A stretch of DNA of 64,000 nt from the IMG/VR virus record IMGVR_UViG_3300027808_000009, positions 1 to 64,000 of that record. One strand, written 5' to 3'. This DNA is from a virus. Below, piece by piece: positions 1 through 10,623 of the stretch (positions are counted from its first letter, which is position 1; each line of letters begins with the position of its first letter). The notes beneath the pieces are model-generated. The model made no database searches and was not told where the DNA came from. It saw only the letters and a list, made by a program, of their open reading frames with translations. The translations under genes were made by a program, and so were the position numbers.

Positions 1-188
1 ATAAATGATGCTCCAAATATTTTTTCACATTCAAATATACCTTCACTATGGTGTCTAAACATTCTATGTTTACTATGTCCAATCCATGCCTTAGTTTCAT
101 CAAACCATTCATGAATAGCCTGATAGTCAGACACTTGACCTCTCCATTTTCTAACAGATGACTTGCAATGCTCTAAAGGATGACTCAT
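1..188 (-). CDS. DUF6915-like His-rich protein (3' end runs off the window)
   Basis: Manual translation from ATG at 188: MSHPLEHCKSSVRKWRGQVSDYQAIHEWFDETKAWIGHSKHRMFRHHSEGIFECEKIFGASF. Matches the recalled DUF6915 pattern (HP..H..SS.KKW...DY..IH.WFD..K....HR..RHH..GIF). Start overlaps the upstream stop (TAATG). Confidence 0.7.
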   Translation of the reverse strand, partial: MSHPLEHCKSSVRKWRGQVSDYQAIHEWFDETKAWIGHSKHRMFRHHSEGIFECEKIFGASF

Positions 189-583
189 TATTTCTTATTT
201 TTCTCAAATAAATTACCAGTATGAATAAACTCTTCATAATCAGTAACTCTTATACTATTTTGAATCTCATAGGTACCTTCTTCTACATCAATATTTACAT
301 GTCCAAAGCCACCATCATTGTTCCACCAGTCTTCAATGTCATTTAATAACATCTCTTGACAGTAGTCTTCAAGTAATGTATATAACTCTGAGTTATAATC
401 ATTTAAATCAGTTGCATCACTAGTCCATCCTTGGAGGTCATCAAAATCAGTATCTGAATTAGTACTTATTTTTATAGCTTCAATAGATCCCTCATCTCCA
501 CCTCCATCATAACTTACACATACCTTTTTAATACCTGCATTTACTAAACCAATCATAATTGATTCTAATTTATTTTCAGCCAT
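188..583 (-). CDS. DUF6878-like acidic protein
   Basis: V.YDGGGDEGSIE motif and E-x-W-W-N-N-D-G-G-F-G-x-V motif. Adjacent to the DUF6915-like gene. Confidence 0.6.
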   Translation of the reverse strand: MAENKLESIMIGLVNAGIKKVCVSYDGGGDEGSIEAIKISTNSDTDFDDLQGWTSDATDLNDYNSELYTLLEDYCQEMLLNDIEDWWNNDGGFGHVNIDVEEGTYEIQNSIRVTDYEEFIHTGNLFEKNKK

Positions 584-592
584 AACTTTTTA

Positions 593-1018
593 TTATTTAA
601 ACTTATAAAATTTACCAAGTATATTCCCATTAAGAAACTCCTCTTTCTCAAGCACTTCATATTTAAATTGATGCTTTACTTCTTGATAAGTCAATTCTGT
701 TGCTGAGTAGCAAATCATTAGAATTTCCCTTTTAATTTTACATCCAGCTTTATGAGCTTCTTTTAATTGTTGATTACTACTATGGTAAGCCATAAAGTTA
801 GGTTTAGTAACCCTAGTGTATTTCTTTAGTCTTTTATCAGTAGTTTGAGCTAATGCTTTTTTACCCATAGGTTTCTTGATATTAGCAAAGAAATTCTTCT
901 TACCAATATATGCATAGCTATTACCATTTAATATTACTGACATATGATATACAAAACCAATAGCTCCTTCAGGAATATGTGAATCATTGAATTCCTGGCC
1001 CTTATGTATCCAACTCAT
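593..1018 (-). CDS. GIY-YIG family endonuclease (Seg-like)
   Basis: GFVY...YIGKK motif, KREIL..C...ELTYQE, C-terminal NGNILGKF. Confidence 0.75.
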   Translation of the reverse strand: MSWIHKGQEFNDSHIPEGAIGFVYHMSVILNGNSYAYIGKKNFFANIKKPMGKKALAQTTDKRLKKYTRVTKPNFMAYHSSNQQLKEAHKAGCKIKREILMICYSATELTYQEVKHQFKYEVLEKEEFLNGNILGKFYKFK

Positions 1019-1029
1019 AATCTTAATTT

Positions 1030-1263
1030 TTATGCATCACCTTTTGACATAATCTTAACACCAGCAAATCCTGCATTATTATTCAATAATTCTAATATTT
1101 TTCTTTGATCATCATCATCTGCATACTTTTCTAATATTTCTATAAGAGTAGTTACAGCTGATGCAATATGTAATGGTGTTATACCATCAATGTTTACCTT
1201 TTTAGTAAATGATCCTGGATTATCTTTTTTGAATTTATATTCAATTACAATCTTGCCTTTCAT
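1030..1263 (-). CDS. hypothetical protein
   Basis: 77-aa ORF translationally coupled to the primase. Confidence 0.6.
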   Translation of the reverse strand: MKGKIVIEYKFKKDNPGSFTKKVNIDGITPLHIASAVTTLIEILEKYADDDDQRKILELLNNNAGFAGVKIMSKGDA

Positions 1264-2239
1264 GTATTGCTTTTTTTAATAGTGGAAATAATTCTTCTTT
1301 TACTTTTTGTAACCCGTGCACTTTAATTGAATCTGAGACATCTTTCTCCATATCTAATATGATATAATTAAGACCATATCTTTCTTTATATTTCTTCATA
1401 GAACTGATACCTGCTTCATCATTATCAAATAGTACACATATACTTTTATATTTCTCTTTAAGCTTATCTATACTAGATTCTTTAATCATAGTATTTTCAC
1501 TGTCTGGAGCAATACATTCAACATTGTTAAACATAAGTTTATTAAATGCCATTACATCTTTGAGAGATGACGTGATAACTAAATAGTCTTTAGTCAATGT
1601 TAATTGCTGTGAACCTTGAGTATAATTACCCAACTTTAAGAACTTTTTATTCATATTCTTAGGCTGATAAATTTTATACATAGTACCATCACTCTTAAAA
1701 TAACCATACAGATACAATCCATTAATAGTTATTTCAGATACTGTACCATCAAGTTCAGTTCTTGTCATTTTATAATATTCTAGTGGAGATACATTATATG
1801 CTTCTAACATGGTAGAACCTATATAATATTGTCCCCAATACTTTTGATCAAAGTTACTCCAGTGCCTAATAGTATAATCAGATACTTTATAATTTTCATA
1901 TATTTTAATTTCAGGTTGCTTATAAGATTTATTATCACCAAGATATGTCTTATAATCATTAAGTATCTTAAATGATGCAGATGCTCTATCTTCAATATTA
2001 AATATATTCTGTACTAGAGTAATAGAATCACCTTGAATACTTGATGAAAAGTCTTTAAACTTATATGTCATTGTAAAAGCATCCATATAAACTATCATTG
2101 ATGGAGTCTTCTCTGTTTTAAATACTGATTTAATCTTAATCTGTTGACCATCTAACTGTTCTGTTAGATTTAAATAATGCTCAAAGATCCATGTTGTTGG
2201 AACATCTTTGAATTGCATTGCACCTTTTGTAGAAATCAT
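1241..2239 (-). CDS. DNA primase (TOPRIM)
   Basis: TOPRIM-like LVITSSLKDV and VLFDNDEAG motifs, located in the replication cluster. Confidence 0.8.
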   Translation of the reverse strand: MISTKGAMQFKDVPTTWIFEHYLNLTEQLDGQQIKIKSVFKTEKTPSMIVYMDAFTMTYKFKDFSSSIQGDSITLVQNIFNIEDRASASFKILNDYKTYLGDNKSYKQPEIKIYENYKVSDYTIRHWSNFDQKYWGQYYIGSTMLEAYNVSPLEYYKMTRTELDGTVSEITINGLYLYGYFKSDGTMYKIYQPKNMNKKFLKLGNYTQGSQQLTLTKDYLVITSSLKDVMAFNKLMFNNVECIAPDSENTMIKESSIDKLKEKYKSICVLFDNDEAGISSMKKYKERYGLNYIILDMEKDVSDSIKVHGLQKVKEELFPLLKKAIHERQDCN

Positions 2240-2258
2240 AATATTTAAATTTAATAAT

Positions 2259-2288
2259 AAAAAGGGAGCCCTTTTACTGACTCCCTTT
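2259..2288 (-). terminator. intrinsic terminator-like hairpin
   Basis: Minus strand AAAGGGAG-tcagtaaaaggg-CTCCCTTTTT, downstream of the SSB-like gene. Confidence 0.55.
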
Positions 2289-2295
2289 AAACTTA

Positions 2296-2982
2296 TTAGT
2301 CTAAATCAAAGTCAGAAGCTACCTTACTTGGTACTGCAAAGTCATCATCACCGTTTCCAAATGATTCAACTTTCTTTGCTTCTAGTTTTTTAAGATGATC
2401 AGTTTCACTATATAATAAGTGTTTACCTGATCCAAGTTTAGCAAATGCATAACCATTCTTAGAAGATTTTGGTAAAAATAAGTCATAATTTGTATAACCT
2501 GTTTTACCTTCATATTCTTTTCCTGCAATACAGAAATCTAAATACTTATCTTTAAATGGAGCTGTTTCATTAAATGCATTAATGAAATCTTCAATAGTAT
2601 CATGCACATTATCTTGAGTATCAAACCATTCAGTCATGTCTAATGCTGTACAAACAGATTTTAAGAATACTAATATAGAATTATCTCTATAGATTTGTAT
2701 TCCAGATTTAGTCTGACCATCAGCAAATGCATACTGACCAGCTTTTACTCTACCAATTTGACCTTTATAATGACCAGCATCTGGCATATCTTTATTCAAC
2801 ATAAAACCTTCAAACCCCTCAATTGGTTCAGTTTCTACGTTTAAAGTTATAACTATTGCTCCTGGTATGAATTTGAAGTCTTCTGCTACTACACTATTGA
2901 TTTTCAATTTGTGATTACCTGGTGTGATTGTTTTTGGTAATCCACTTCCTCCTGCACTTACGTCTTTAGTTCCTATTGCCAT
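2296..2982 (-). CDS. putative ssDNA-binding protein (DUF669-like)
   Basis: ITPGNHKLKINSV N-terminus, acidic aromatic tail (DDDF...SDFDLD), and position next to an AAA_24 ATPase. Confidence 0.5.
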   Translation of the reverse strand: MAIGTKDVSAGGSGLPKTITPGNHKLKINSVVAEDFKFIPGAIVITLNVETEPIEGFEGFMLNKDMPDAGHYKGQIGRVKAGQYAFADGQTKSGIQIYRDNSILVFLKSVCTALDMTEWFDTQDNVHDTIEDFINAFNETAPFKDKYLDFCIAGKEYEGKTGYTNYDLFLPKSSKNGYAFAKLGSGKHLLYSETDHLKKLEAKKVESFGNGDDDFAVPSKVASDFDLD

Positions 2983-3007
2983 GTTTTCTTATTTTTTATA
3001 TTATTAA

Positions 3008-3736
3008 TTATTTATATACTTCATCCCAGTGAGTTACTACATCACCTTTATCATTAACTTCACTCAATACTATCTCAGCATTTCTCAAATGATCTGGTCT
3101 AGCACCACAAGTAGTCTCTTCATTAGTTTTAAAACTCAAGATAACCTTGTTACCTTTTCTGAACATATAACCAATTGCATCTGCATTTGCGCAGATTAAA
3201 GACTTGATCTTACCAGTCAAATCAATATTTGCTGACATTACCATCTCACCTTTATCATCTACCTGCTTATCTTTGATATGCCCAGATAGAATAACGTGCT
3301 CTGCAAGAGTATCAACATAGTTTAAAATATCAAAAAATGCTTCTCTTATGTACAAATAACCTGCACCATTAGGTAAAGTAATTACATTATCACCGTCAAA
3401 GTTTTTACCCATTGGTGTTGCTCTGTACTTTTTTACTGCTAATGGAGCTACCATTTCTTCTAATGCAGTTACGGTATCAATAGTAATAAACTTATAAGGT
3501 TTACCTGCAGCTATTACTTGTTTACCAATCTCTAATAACTCTTTTAAATTATTAGCTTTTACTTTCAGTGCATCTACATAATCAGTCCCATTCTCCAAAT
3601 CAATGATTAAATTGTTATCCAACCCTGCAAAAGCGGTAGTTTTACCAGTCTTAGGCTTTGAATAGACAATTAATCTCTTTGGATTCACTCTTGTAGCACT
3701 TACTTTTTTAGTAGGCAATACTAATCCTTCACTCAT
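3008..3736 (-). CDS. AAA_24 / Sak4-like ATPase
   Basis: Walker A YSKPKTGKTT, IIDLENG, Walker B ITIDTVT, ILSGH, and ADAIGYM motifs. Confidence 0.85.
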   Translation of the reverse strand: MSEGLVLPTKKVSATRVNPKRLIVYSKPKTGKTTAFAGLDNNLIIDLENGTDYVDALKVKANNLKELLEIGKQVIAAGKPYKFITIDTVTALEEMVAPLAVKKYRATPMGKNFDGDNVITLPNGAGYLYIREAFFDILNYVDTLAEHVILSGHIKDKQVDDKGEMVMSANIDLTGKIKSLICANADAIGYMFRKGNKVILSFKTNEETTCGARPDHLRNAEIVLSEVNDKGDVVTHWDEVYK

Positions 3737-3740
3737 ACTT

Positions 3741-4301
3741 TTACTTTATTAAATCATTTAACCATTTCTTATTGCTTACTGGTTTCTGTAATAATATAGC
3801 AGCTAGATCTCTTACAGTTAAACTGCTTAGAGGTGCATCTAAATCTGCATCCATTATCCCATCAAAATCAGGAAACAATCCTTCTACTTCAGTCTTTGTA
3901 GGTTCAGTCTTCTTAGTTTCAGCCGTTACTTTTATCAATTCAGATACAGGAATTAAATACCTCACATGACCTTGGCCATTTGGTTCAGTAGTTTCATACT
4001 CCTCATCATAAAATGGATTATATTTCCATTTATACAGTGTTCTTGTTGGGTCTTCAGACTCAAGAGCTATACTAGTATACTCAGTATAAATATCTTGATC
4101 TCTACATAATTCACTTTTAAAGAATCCCATGTGCAATTCATCTTTGCCATAAGGTCTATAAGCACATTTAGGAATATATAATGGATTAGATACTCCTAAT
4201 GCATTAAATACCTTTTGATGATATTTCATCAATTCTTCAGTCTTCTCTTTTCTGTTAAATCCACTGGTCTGATTACCACCTTCTTTTGTTGTTAATGCCA
4301 T
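3741..4301 (-). CDS. hypothetical replication-cluster protein
   Basis: 186-aa ORF packed between the helicase and the ATPase. Confidence 0.65.
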   Translation of the reverse strand: MALTTKEGGNQTSGFNRKEKTEELMKYHQKVFNALGVSNPLYIPKCAYRPYGKDELHMGFFKSELCRDQDIYTEYTSIALESEDPTRTLYKWKYNPFYDEEYETTEPNGQGHVRYLIPVSELIKVTAETKKTEPTKTEVEGLFPDFDGIMDADLDAPLSSLTVRDLAAILLQKPVSNKKWLNDLIK

Positions 4302-4308
4302 ATATTAT

Positions 4309-5322
4309 TTATTTGGTACCTATTCTTTTCTCTTGCTGTGCTGGAGTATTCATTTCTGCAATCTGCATCTTTTCAAACTCAGCTCTGAAGAAACTTAATC
4401 TGGTATCACCATTTCTACATTTAAGAAAGTGTAATACCATTACTCTATCATTTTCTATTATAAATCTATCAGGACCATAGAATCTGATCTTCTGTTTTGC
4501 AGGTCTATTAATTCCTATTACAGTATCTGCATGTTGTAATAACGCATCAGCACCAAATATATCTGATTCTAATACATAATTACCATACTTACCGTCCTCT
4601 GACCTTTCAGGATTATCAATATTTCTATTCAACTGACTTAATATAATAAAAGCAATAGGATATATTCTTTTGAGACCTGTTAATGCCTCACCAAGATTAT
4701 TTAACGTTTCATTCTTGTCTTTTTCAGTCTGTGCTTTCTTTATCAGTAAAGAGTGATCTAATGATATTAGAGTTTTCTTATACTTTCTTACACCTTCATC
4801 TGATACCTCAGAATAATGTGCCATATACTCATGTATAGTTTTAATAAATTCATCTACAGTACATGGTTTTTCTACAATGTCAATTGGATACTTAACCTTT
4901 TCTTTAGCATAATCATAACATTTCTGTAAATCTTCTGGACTTAATGTTCCATCAGCACTACATAGATACTTATATGATCTACCAATGATACTTGAGTATT
5001 CTCTAATTGCAGATGATCTTGCAAGCATCTCAAACTGAAACTGCAGAACTCTAAAGTCATCTGCTGGATTAAGTATAAAAGATTCTCTTACAATTTGCTC
5101 TACTATTAAAGTCTTACCACTAGCAGGTCTACCACCAATAACAGTCATAGTATTCCATTCAATACCATCAGTCATTGCATCATTAAATTTAGGCCACGGT
5201 GTTCTTAGACTTTTAATATCACCAACCATTCTTCCCTTTAGATAATGCAAGGATTCTTGAAAGCCTTCTTTCTGGCTATTCCATTTGAGATTATCTTCTT
5301 TTTTCTTAAGGGCCATATACAA
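4309..5322 (-). CDS. DnaB-like (SF4) replicative helicase, motor domain only
   Basis: GGRPASGKT Walker A, FQFEM, ISLDH, ILSQLNR, QHADTVI and KCRNG motifs. Confidence 0.9.
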   Translation of the reverse strand: MYMALKKKEDNLKWNSQKEGFQESLHYLKGRMVGDIKSLRTPWPKFNDAMTDGIEWNTMTVIGGRPASGKTLIVEQIVRESFILNPADDFRVLQFQFEMLARSSAIREYSSIIGRSYKYLCSADGTLSPEDLQKCYDYAKEKVKYPIDIVEKPCTVDEFIKTIHEYMAHYSEVSDEGVRKYKKTLISLDHSLLIKKAQTEKDKNETLNNLGEALTGLKRIYPIAFIILSQLNRNIDNPERSEDGKYGNYVLESDIFGADALLQHADTVIGINRPAKQKIRFYGPDRFIIENDRVMVLHFLKCRNGDTRLSFFRAEFEKMQIAEMNTPAQQEKRIGTK

Positions 5323-5325
5323 TTA

Positions 5326-5502
5326 TTAAATAACTTTTACTTTTACTCTGTTGAAAGTAGCATGCATGATGCTAATTATTATCTCAACCACTATAAAATT
5401 AATCATACTGATCTCAATAATAAATGCATCAGTAACTACGTATGCAAACAGAGTTCCCACTATTGCACATAGCAATAAGGATAACCTGGACATTTTACGC
5501 AT
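5326..5502 (-). CDS. small membrane protein (58 aa, not in the ORF track)
   Basis: MRKMSRLSLLLCAIVGTLFAYVVTDAFIIEISMINFIVVEIIISIMHATFNRVKVKVI. Two hydrophobic stretches. TAATG overlap with the upstream gene. Confidence 0.6.
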   Translation of the reverse strand: MRKMSRLSLLLCAIVGTLFAYVVTDAFIIEISMINFIVVEIIISIMHATFNRVKVKVI

Positions 5503-6092
5503 TATACAACTTTTTCTTTAAAATGTGTTTGTGACGGATCCTCAGATCCATTTAAGAGCATATCACAATAATTAGCTAACTCAGAGTCATATGTTTTATC
5601 TGATCCTTGCTTTCTAATAAAATACTGTGAAGTTCTCATGTACTTGTATCCTGTAGCTTCATACTCATCAACATAAAGCTTAGTAGCATTTAATACAGTT
5701 TCCCAACTATAAGCATGAGAATCAAAAAACCACCTAAAATTATTCTCTAAATTCTTCTTGTCTGACCTAGCATACTTACCACTTGGGAGTTTAAATTTAG
5801 GAAAAATATCTAGATATTCATCTATGTTTTCTATAAATTTATCACCCATTATTACTGTGCTAGTCTTCTTTTTACTTGTCTTGAAGAATGTTTCTAATTC
5901 TTGTATTAGCATTACTGATTTACCGCTTAATGTTACATCAGCTTCTAGCCAATCTCCTGACTCTAAGCGTTTTATCTCTAATGCATCATTTACAAAATCA
6001 TTAGTTTTGATTTTATATTTAATACAATAGAGTATATACAATTGATTTGGACTCAGGTTTTTCTTAATTAATAGATTGAATATCTCATCCAT
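5502..6092 (-). CDS. hypothetical protein, possible replication/helicase-loader factor
   Basis: 196-aa ORF with a wHTH-like N-terminus, immediately upstream of the helicase. Function is inferred from position only. Confidence 0.5.
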   Translation of the reverse strand: MDEIFNLLIKKNLSPNQLYILYCIKYKIKTNDFVNDALEIKRLESGDWLEADVTLSGKSVMLIQELETFFKTSKKKTSTVIMGDKFIENIDEYLDIFPKFKLPSGKYARSDKKNLENNFRWFFDSHAYSWETVLNATKLYVDEYEATGYKYMRTSQYFIRKQGSDKTYDSELANYCDMLLNGSEDPSQTHFKEKVV

Positions 6093-6093
6093 A

Positions 6094-6807
6094 TTACCAT
6101 TTTATATCAAAGTTATAATTCTTTTTTGTAAGATCAGCTACCTTGTTGAAAACATCTTTGCAATCCCATTCTTTTAAGTGTGAATATGCAGCTGATGCAG
6201 GATGAGATACAAAGAATTTATAACAGTTATCATTAACATGAATTGAGTCTTCTTGTGCTTTCTTACCCATGAATACATAAGTCAATCCTGGATTATATGA
6301 ATTAAGATAGTCTAATAAATAAGCCATCATAGGTTTCCATAACTCTGAATGAGATCCAGGTTTACCTATGGTACACGTAAAAGCACTATTAATCATAAGA
6401 ATACCCTGATTACTCCATCTTTTTAGATCAATATCTGTAGATTCTAACTCACCATGGTAAACAGTTCTGTTTACTGCATCAAGTATATATCTAAGACTTG
6501 GTAATGCTTTCTTTTCAAAACTACACGAGAATGCTATCCCGTCTGCTTGCTCAATTCCTGAATAAGGATCTTGACCTATTACAACTACTTTAAGATCAGT
6601 ATAAGGTGTTTCCTCAAATGCTCTAAACAAGTATTTCATAAATGGTGTAAATCTTTTATCCTCTTGTGAGTCTTTAATCAATTTCAATAAAATATTATCA
6701 AACTCAGTACTATATAAAAACCCTCTAAGCACTCTAGCCCATCCTGAATCAATAAGTTTTGCGTTTAATTTTTCTTTTATATCATTAATATCTATATTTG
6801 TTGTCAT
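6094..6807 (-). CDS. ung: uracil-DNA glycosylase, family 1
   Basis: VVIGQDPY catalytic motif, GIAFS, QGILMIN, and SHPAS leucine-loop variant. Confidence 0.92.
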   Translation of the reverse strand: MTTNIDINDIKEKLNAKLIDSGWARVLRGFLYSTEFDNILLKLIKDSQEDKRFTPFMKYLFRAFEETPYTDLKVVVIGQDPYSGIEQADGIAFSCSFEKKALPSLRYILDAVNRTVYHGELESTDIDLKRWSNQGILMINSAFTCTIGKPGSHSELWKPMMAYLLDYLNSYNPGLTYVFMGKKAQEDSIHVNDNCYKFFVSHPASAAYSHLKEWDCKDVFNKVADLTKKNYNFDIKW

Positions 6808-6827
6808 ATTAATTTTAATTATACATT

Positions 6828-7148
6828 ATGGCTGTTAAAGTAAAAGAACTAAAGGATGATGCTTTATTAAGTGTCCAAGTAAACAAAGCATATTACTTCA
6901 TGTTGAAGAATACACTTTTTTACTTATTTAATCAGATTCAAGCTCAAGGAGCAGAAGCATCTGAGAAATCTATTGAAACAATTAAAGCTGCTGATTATTC
7001 AAAGATGTCACAAGTTGAACAGTGTTTCTACACTACAACTTTAATGATATCAGAAATTGAAAAAATATCTGTTGAACAAAACCTTTTTGATGAAAAAGAG
7101 GTTCTTGAACCAGGAGATGAAGGTTATGTAGAACCTACGCTAGATTAA
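6828..7148 (+). CDS. hypothetical protein (only clear plus-strand gene in the minus arm)
   Basis: 106 aa with phage-like codon use and an acidic C-terminus. The opposite strand carries no long ORF here. Confidence 0.7.
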   Translation: MAVKVKELKDDALLSVQVNKAYYFMLKNTLFYLFNQIQAQGAEASEKSIETIKAADYSKMSQVEQCFYTTTLMISEIEKISVEQNLFDEKEVLEPGDEGYVEPTLD

Positions 7149-7521
7149 TATTATACTCTGCTCCAATTTCAATACATGCTTGAACAGCTTGAGATAACTC
7201 ATCACTTGAACATTCACCAAATGATTTGCACATCTCAAGCTGTTTACCTTCATCATTTACATCAAAACACAATCCTGCTTGTTTCTTAACAAGCTTTTTC
7301 ATTTCATCAAATGTATAACCAGACTCTTTTGCCATCTCTCTAATACATACATGTATCTTTGAGATTTGTGCATAAGAACCAGCTGTTCCTTTTATACTAA
7401 TAAACATATCTAATTCTTCACCCTCTTTGATAGAGTCAACAAAGTTTTTATATGCTAGACCATCTTTCTCTGTAAGATATGTCATTTTTCCCTCTTTCTT
7501 CACAAATTTTGCACTGAACAT
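7135..7521 (-). CDS. NinB-like protein
   Basis: S.AQ..KIH..IREMA...GYT..EMK pattern, followed by SF..CS..EL. Confidence 0.45.
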   Translation of the reverse strand: MFSAKFVKKEGKMTYLTEKDGLAYKNFVDSIKEGEELDMFISIKGTAGSYAQISKIHVCIREMAKESGYTFDEMKKLVKKQAGLCFDVNDEGKQLEMCKSFGECSSDELSQAVQACIEIGAEYNINLA

Positions 7522-7546
7522 ACTTTTAAATTTTATAGGTTTAAAC

Positions 7547-9900
7547 TTATAATGGTATTTTACTCCACTTTTTAAATAAATTGATAAGAGTTATTACATC
7601 ATCAATATCTGTCATAGCAACACCCCAAGAGTGTTCATATACTTTCCATATATTGTTGTTTATTGTATCACTTTCATTTGATGTAAGAATTACATCAGAA
7701 TTGATCTCATACTTGTAATAATAATAGTCATTCTTATTACCTGACTCTTCTTTAGATACAAATACTCTTTCAAAACCTGCTTCTTCTAGATCTTCTTTTC
7801 TCATTTTCTTGTATTTTTATCTTCTTTTAACAATTTCTCAATATGATCTTCAGCTTCCATTGCTGTAGAAAACAGTATGATAAACCCATCACAATCTTTT
7901 ACATATTTCCAAAAACTAAAAATCCCTGCTTTAGTTTGCACAAAATACCCACCATATGAGTACTGTGACTTTAAAATTCTAAATCTCTTTTTCATATAAC
8001 TACTGACCAAAGTATTTAATCAAACTCAGGATTCTTATAAAATCCACTCTTTGCTTTTTCTCTTATTACAGAATTGTTTAACAATCTGTGATTATGTTTT
8101 TTAATAATCCTTGAGTTGTTTTCAATACCTTTTCTTATGAGTTTTTTCTTTCTCATCATACTTGCCTTATTTGTTACTCTTTTATTAGCCCACTTCATCA
8201 TCAATACTACTTTATATAGATCTTCCATAGCTTTAAATTTTAATTATTTACTTGTATACATTTGATATGCAATTATCAATAATGCTAAAATAACTAATAT
8301 AAATAATTCAATCATGATTATTACTATTATATATTAACAATGTAATCTCATAAATACTTGGTGCACCTACAGTGCCGAATTCTTCATATATCTCTTCCAT
8401 AATCTCTGAATTTAAAATATAACTCTTTCTCACCTAACTCAAATGCTAGGTTTCTAATATAACTCAACTGGTATATACTAGTTTTATCTACACTTTCCCA
8501 TAAGTGCATCAATGCTTCTTTATTTGTCATCTTGTGTTAGTTTATCATAATACTTTTCTCCATATTGAGTACCATCAGTACCAAACATATCTTCATATGC
8601 AGATGCTGCAGCTTTAATTATCTGTTGTTTCTCCAGTATCATTGCTAATTCCCATACTCTTTGATTATGGTTAAAATCTAATTCAGAATATGGCTCAGAT
8701 AATAAGTTTTCTTCTAACCATTTTAGTGCTATCTGTTTCATATTATAAAAATAAAGGTTTAGTAGCTAAATATTCTGCATGCTTATCAGCTTGTGTATAT
8801 CCACCAGGATATGTTCCATCATAAACTTTTACTGTAAACCACATAAATAAAAATCTTACTTGTACATAATACTCAAGATCCTCATCATTTGCTACAAGTC
8901 TTACTCTTTTGCTGTATTTATATTCTACGGGATAATTCATCTTCTATATCATTAATTAAATAAACAGATTCAGTCCCTTTATCATTGCGGTACAAAGACT
9001 CCTCTCTAACCTTTCTATCCTTTATAATTACTTTCTTATCTGTTACTCCTAATAAGATATAGGATAACAATACTAATACAAATACTTTCATACTAATCTA
9101 TTTGCTAATGATTTAATATACTCTTCTTCTTCAGTAGTTAATTGCAACAATCCAGTACTAATTTTATTTAAAGCATCTAATACATTTGCCTGATTTATTC
9201 CACATTTAGTATTATATCTCTGCATTAACCATTCTTGTACTTCTTCTACTTCAGCATTATCTAGAGTATCTAAATATTCTTCAGGATCAAAGTGTTCAGG
9301 TTTAATCTTTTCTCTATCAACTAAATATTCAATCACTTCAGTAATCTCTGAGTCATTACAGTTACCCATAAAATCATATACATCAATATCTACATCTACT
9401 ACTATATTTACACCTACTTCTGCCATAACTTATTTTTTAAATTGTTCTATCCAACCATTAAACTTATTCTCTCTTGGATTATCCATTTGACCTAAGCAAA
9501 AAGCATTATATGCAATGAATCTTATATCATCATAAGTATACATTCTTTCAGCTTGCCATTTAGCACCCCTAATAAAATTCTTCCTTTTATCTCCATGTAT
9601 GTGTCTATCTGCAGCTTCTTCTAATGTTTCCATACTATTTCTTTTTAGATTCATCAATTGCCATATTAGCAAATACAATATGTAATGTTACATCATCATC
9701 ACATTTCTCACATCTATAGTTTGCTCTTGATCTTATATACCAACCTGCATTACAACATGCAGTTTTTATATCACTTATCTCCAGTTTCTTCTCTTTCTTC
9801 TTCATTTTCTCTTCTTTTAGCTATATAGTCATCCAATTTGATATCTACTGGAATATCATCTACATGTCCATACTGATTAATTAAATCAATATAAATCTCC
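7547..9900 (-). other. cluster of small hypothetical ORFs (including 7547-7804, 7801-8010, 8016-8228, 8520-8741, 8743-8940, 9088-9426, 9430-~9632, plus several under 60 aa, one a CC..CxxC Zn-finger peptide)
   Basis: Tightly packed, overlapping short minus-strand ORFs typical of phage accessory regions. Confidence 0.7.
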
Positions 9901-9901
9901 T

Positions 9902-10360
9902 TTACTCTTCCCATAATTTTAATACTGATATGATTAATTGCTTTGCTCCATCACTTGGTTTATCAATCTTTTTAGATTTTAAATACCTTGTGAAGCTTGC
10001 TAACTGATGATGTGATAATGTTATTGATATAGTTGCTGCAGTAGTATTATAGTCCCGCGTTTTTACATCAAAATTATCAAAATCACATGGATACTTTTGT
10101 ATTAATTCATTAACGTTTTTCAAAAACAGTTTATCTTTAATCTTATACAATTCAAATGCTGTCCTTTTAGCATGATTGATTGTACTCCTTGAAGTCAAGT
10201 TAGTATAAATAATGATTTCTTCCTCAGTTGCTTTAAATGTGTAGTAAAGAATAGCTATTAAATAGTTTCTTTTATCTACAATATGAGGAGCTTTTGTTTT
10301 TGGTTTACTGCTGATTTTTAATAGCTCATCAATTATATCCTGTTTGGAATAATTTATCAT
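9902..10360 (-). CDS. HTH DNA-binding protein, DnaA C-terminal-domain-like
   Basis: K.....IVDKRNYLIAILY.....EEI......RSTINHAKR resembles the DnaA domain IV pattern (R..IV..RQIAMYL...RDHTTVLHA). Confidence 0.45.
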   Translation of the reverse strand: MINYSKQDIIDELLKISSKPKTKAPHIVDKRNYLIAILYYTFKATEEEIIIYTNLTSRSTINHAKRTAFELYKIKDKLFLKNVNELIQKYPCDFDNFDVKTRDYNTTAATISITLSHHQLASFTRYLKSKKIDKPSDGAKQLIISVLKLWEE

Positions 10361-10623
10361 ACTAATTCTAATTCTTCTTCTACTATTTCTACAGCCATAT
10401 CTTTCTGATCTACCATGTCTTCTGGTAAAAATCTCTTAGCATCATAGAACTCATAAGGAAAACATCCCTCTAAGTTTACCTCCTCAAGATCAAATCCAAG
10501 TGTATTGGCTTGTATACCCATTTTTACAACTCTCACTACTGTGTAAGCTTTACCTTTTTCTATCCATTGTGCGGCAGGAATAGAAACTGGTTTTTTGCTG
10601 CTATTAATGCACACTACTTTCAC
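10357..10623 (-). CDS. hypothetical protein (SH3-like)
   Basis: MKVVCI...IEKGKAYTV pattern common in small phage beta-barrel proteins. Confidence 0.5.
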   Translation of the reverse strand: MKVVCINSSKKPVSIPAAQWIEKGKAYTVVRVVKMGIQANTLGFDLEEVNLEGCFPYEFYDAKRFLPEDMVDQKDMAVEIVEEELELV

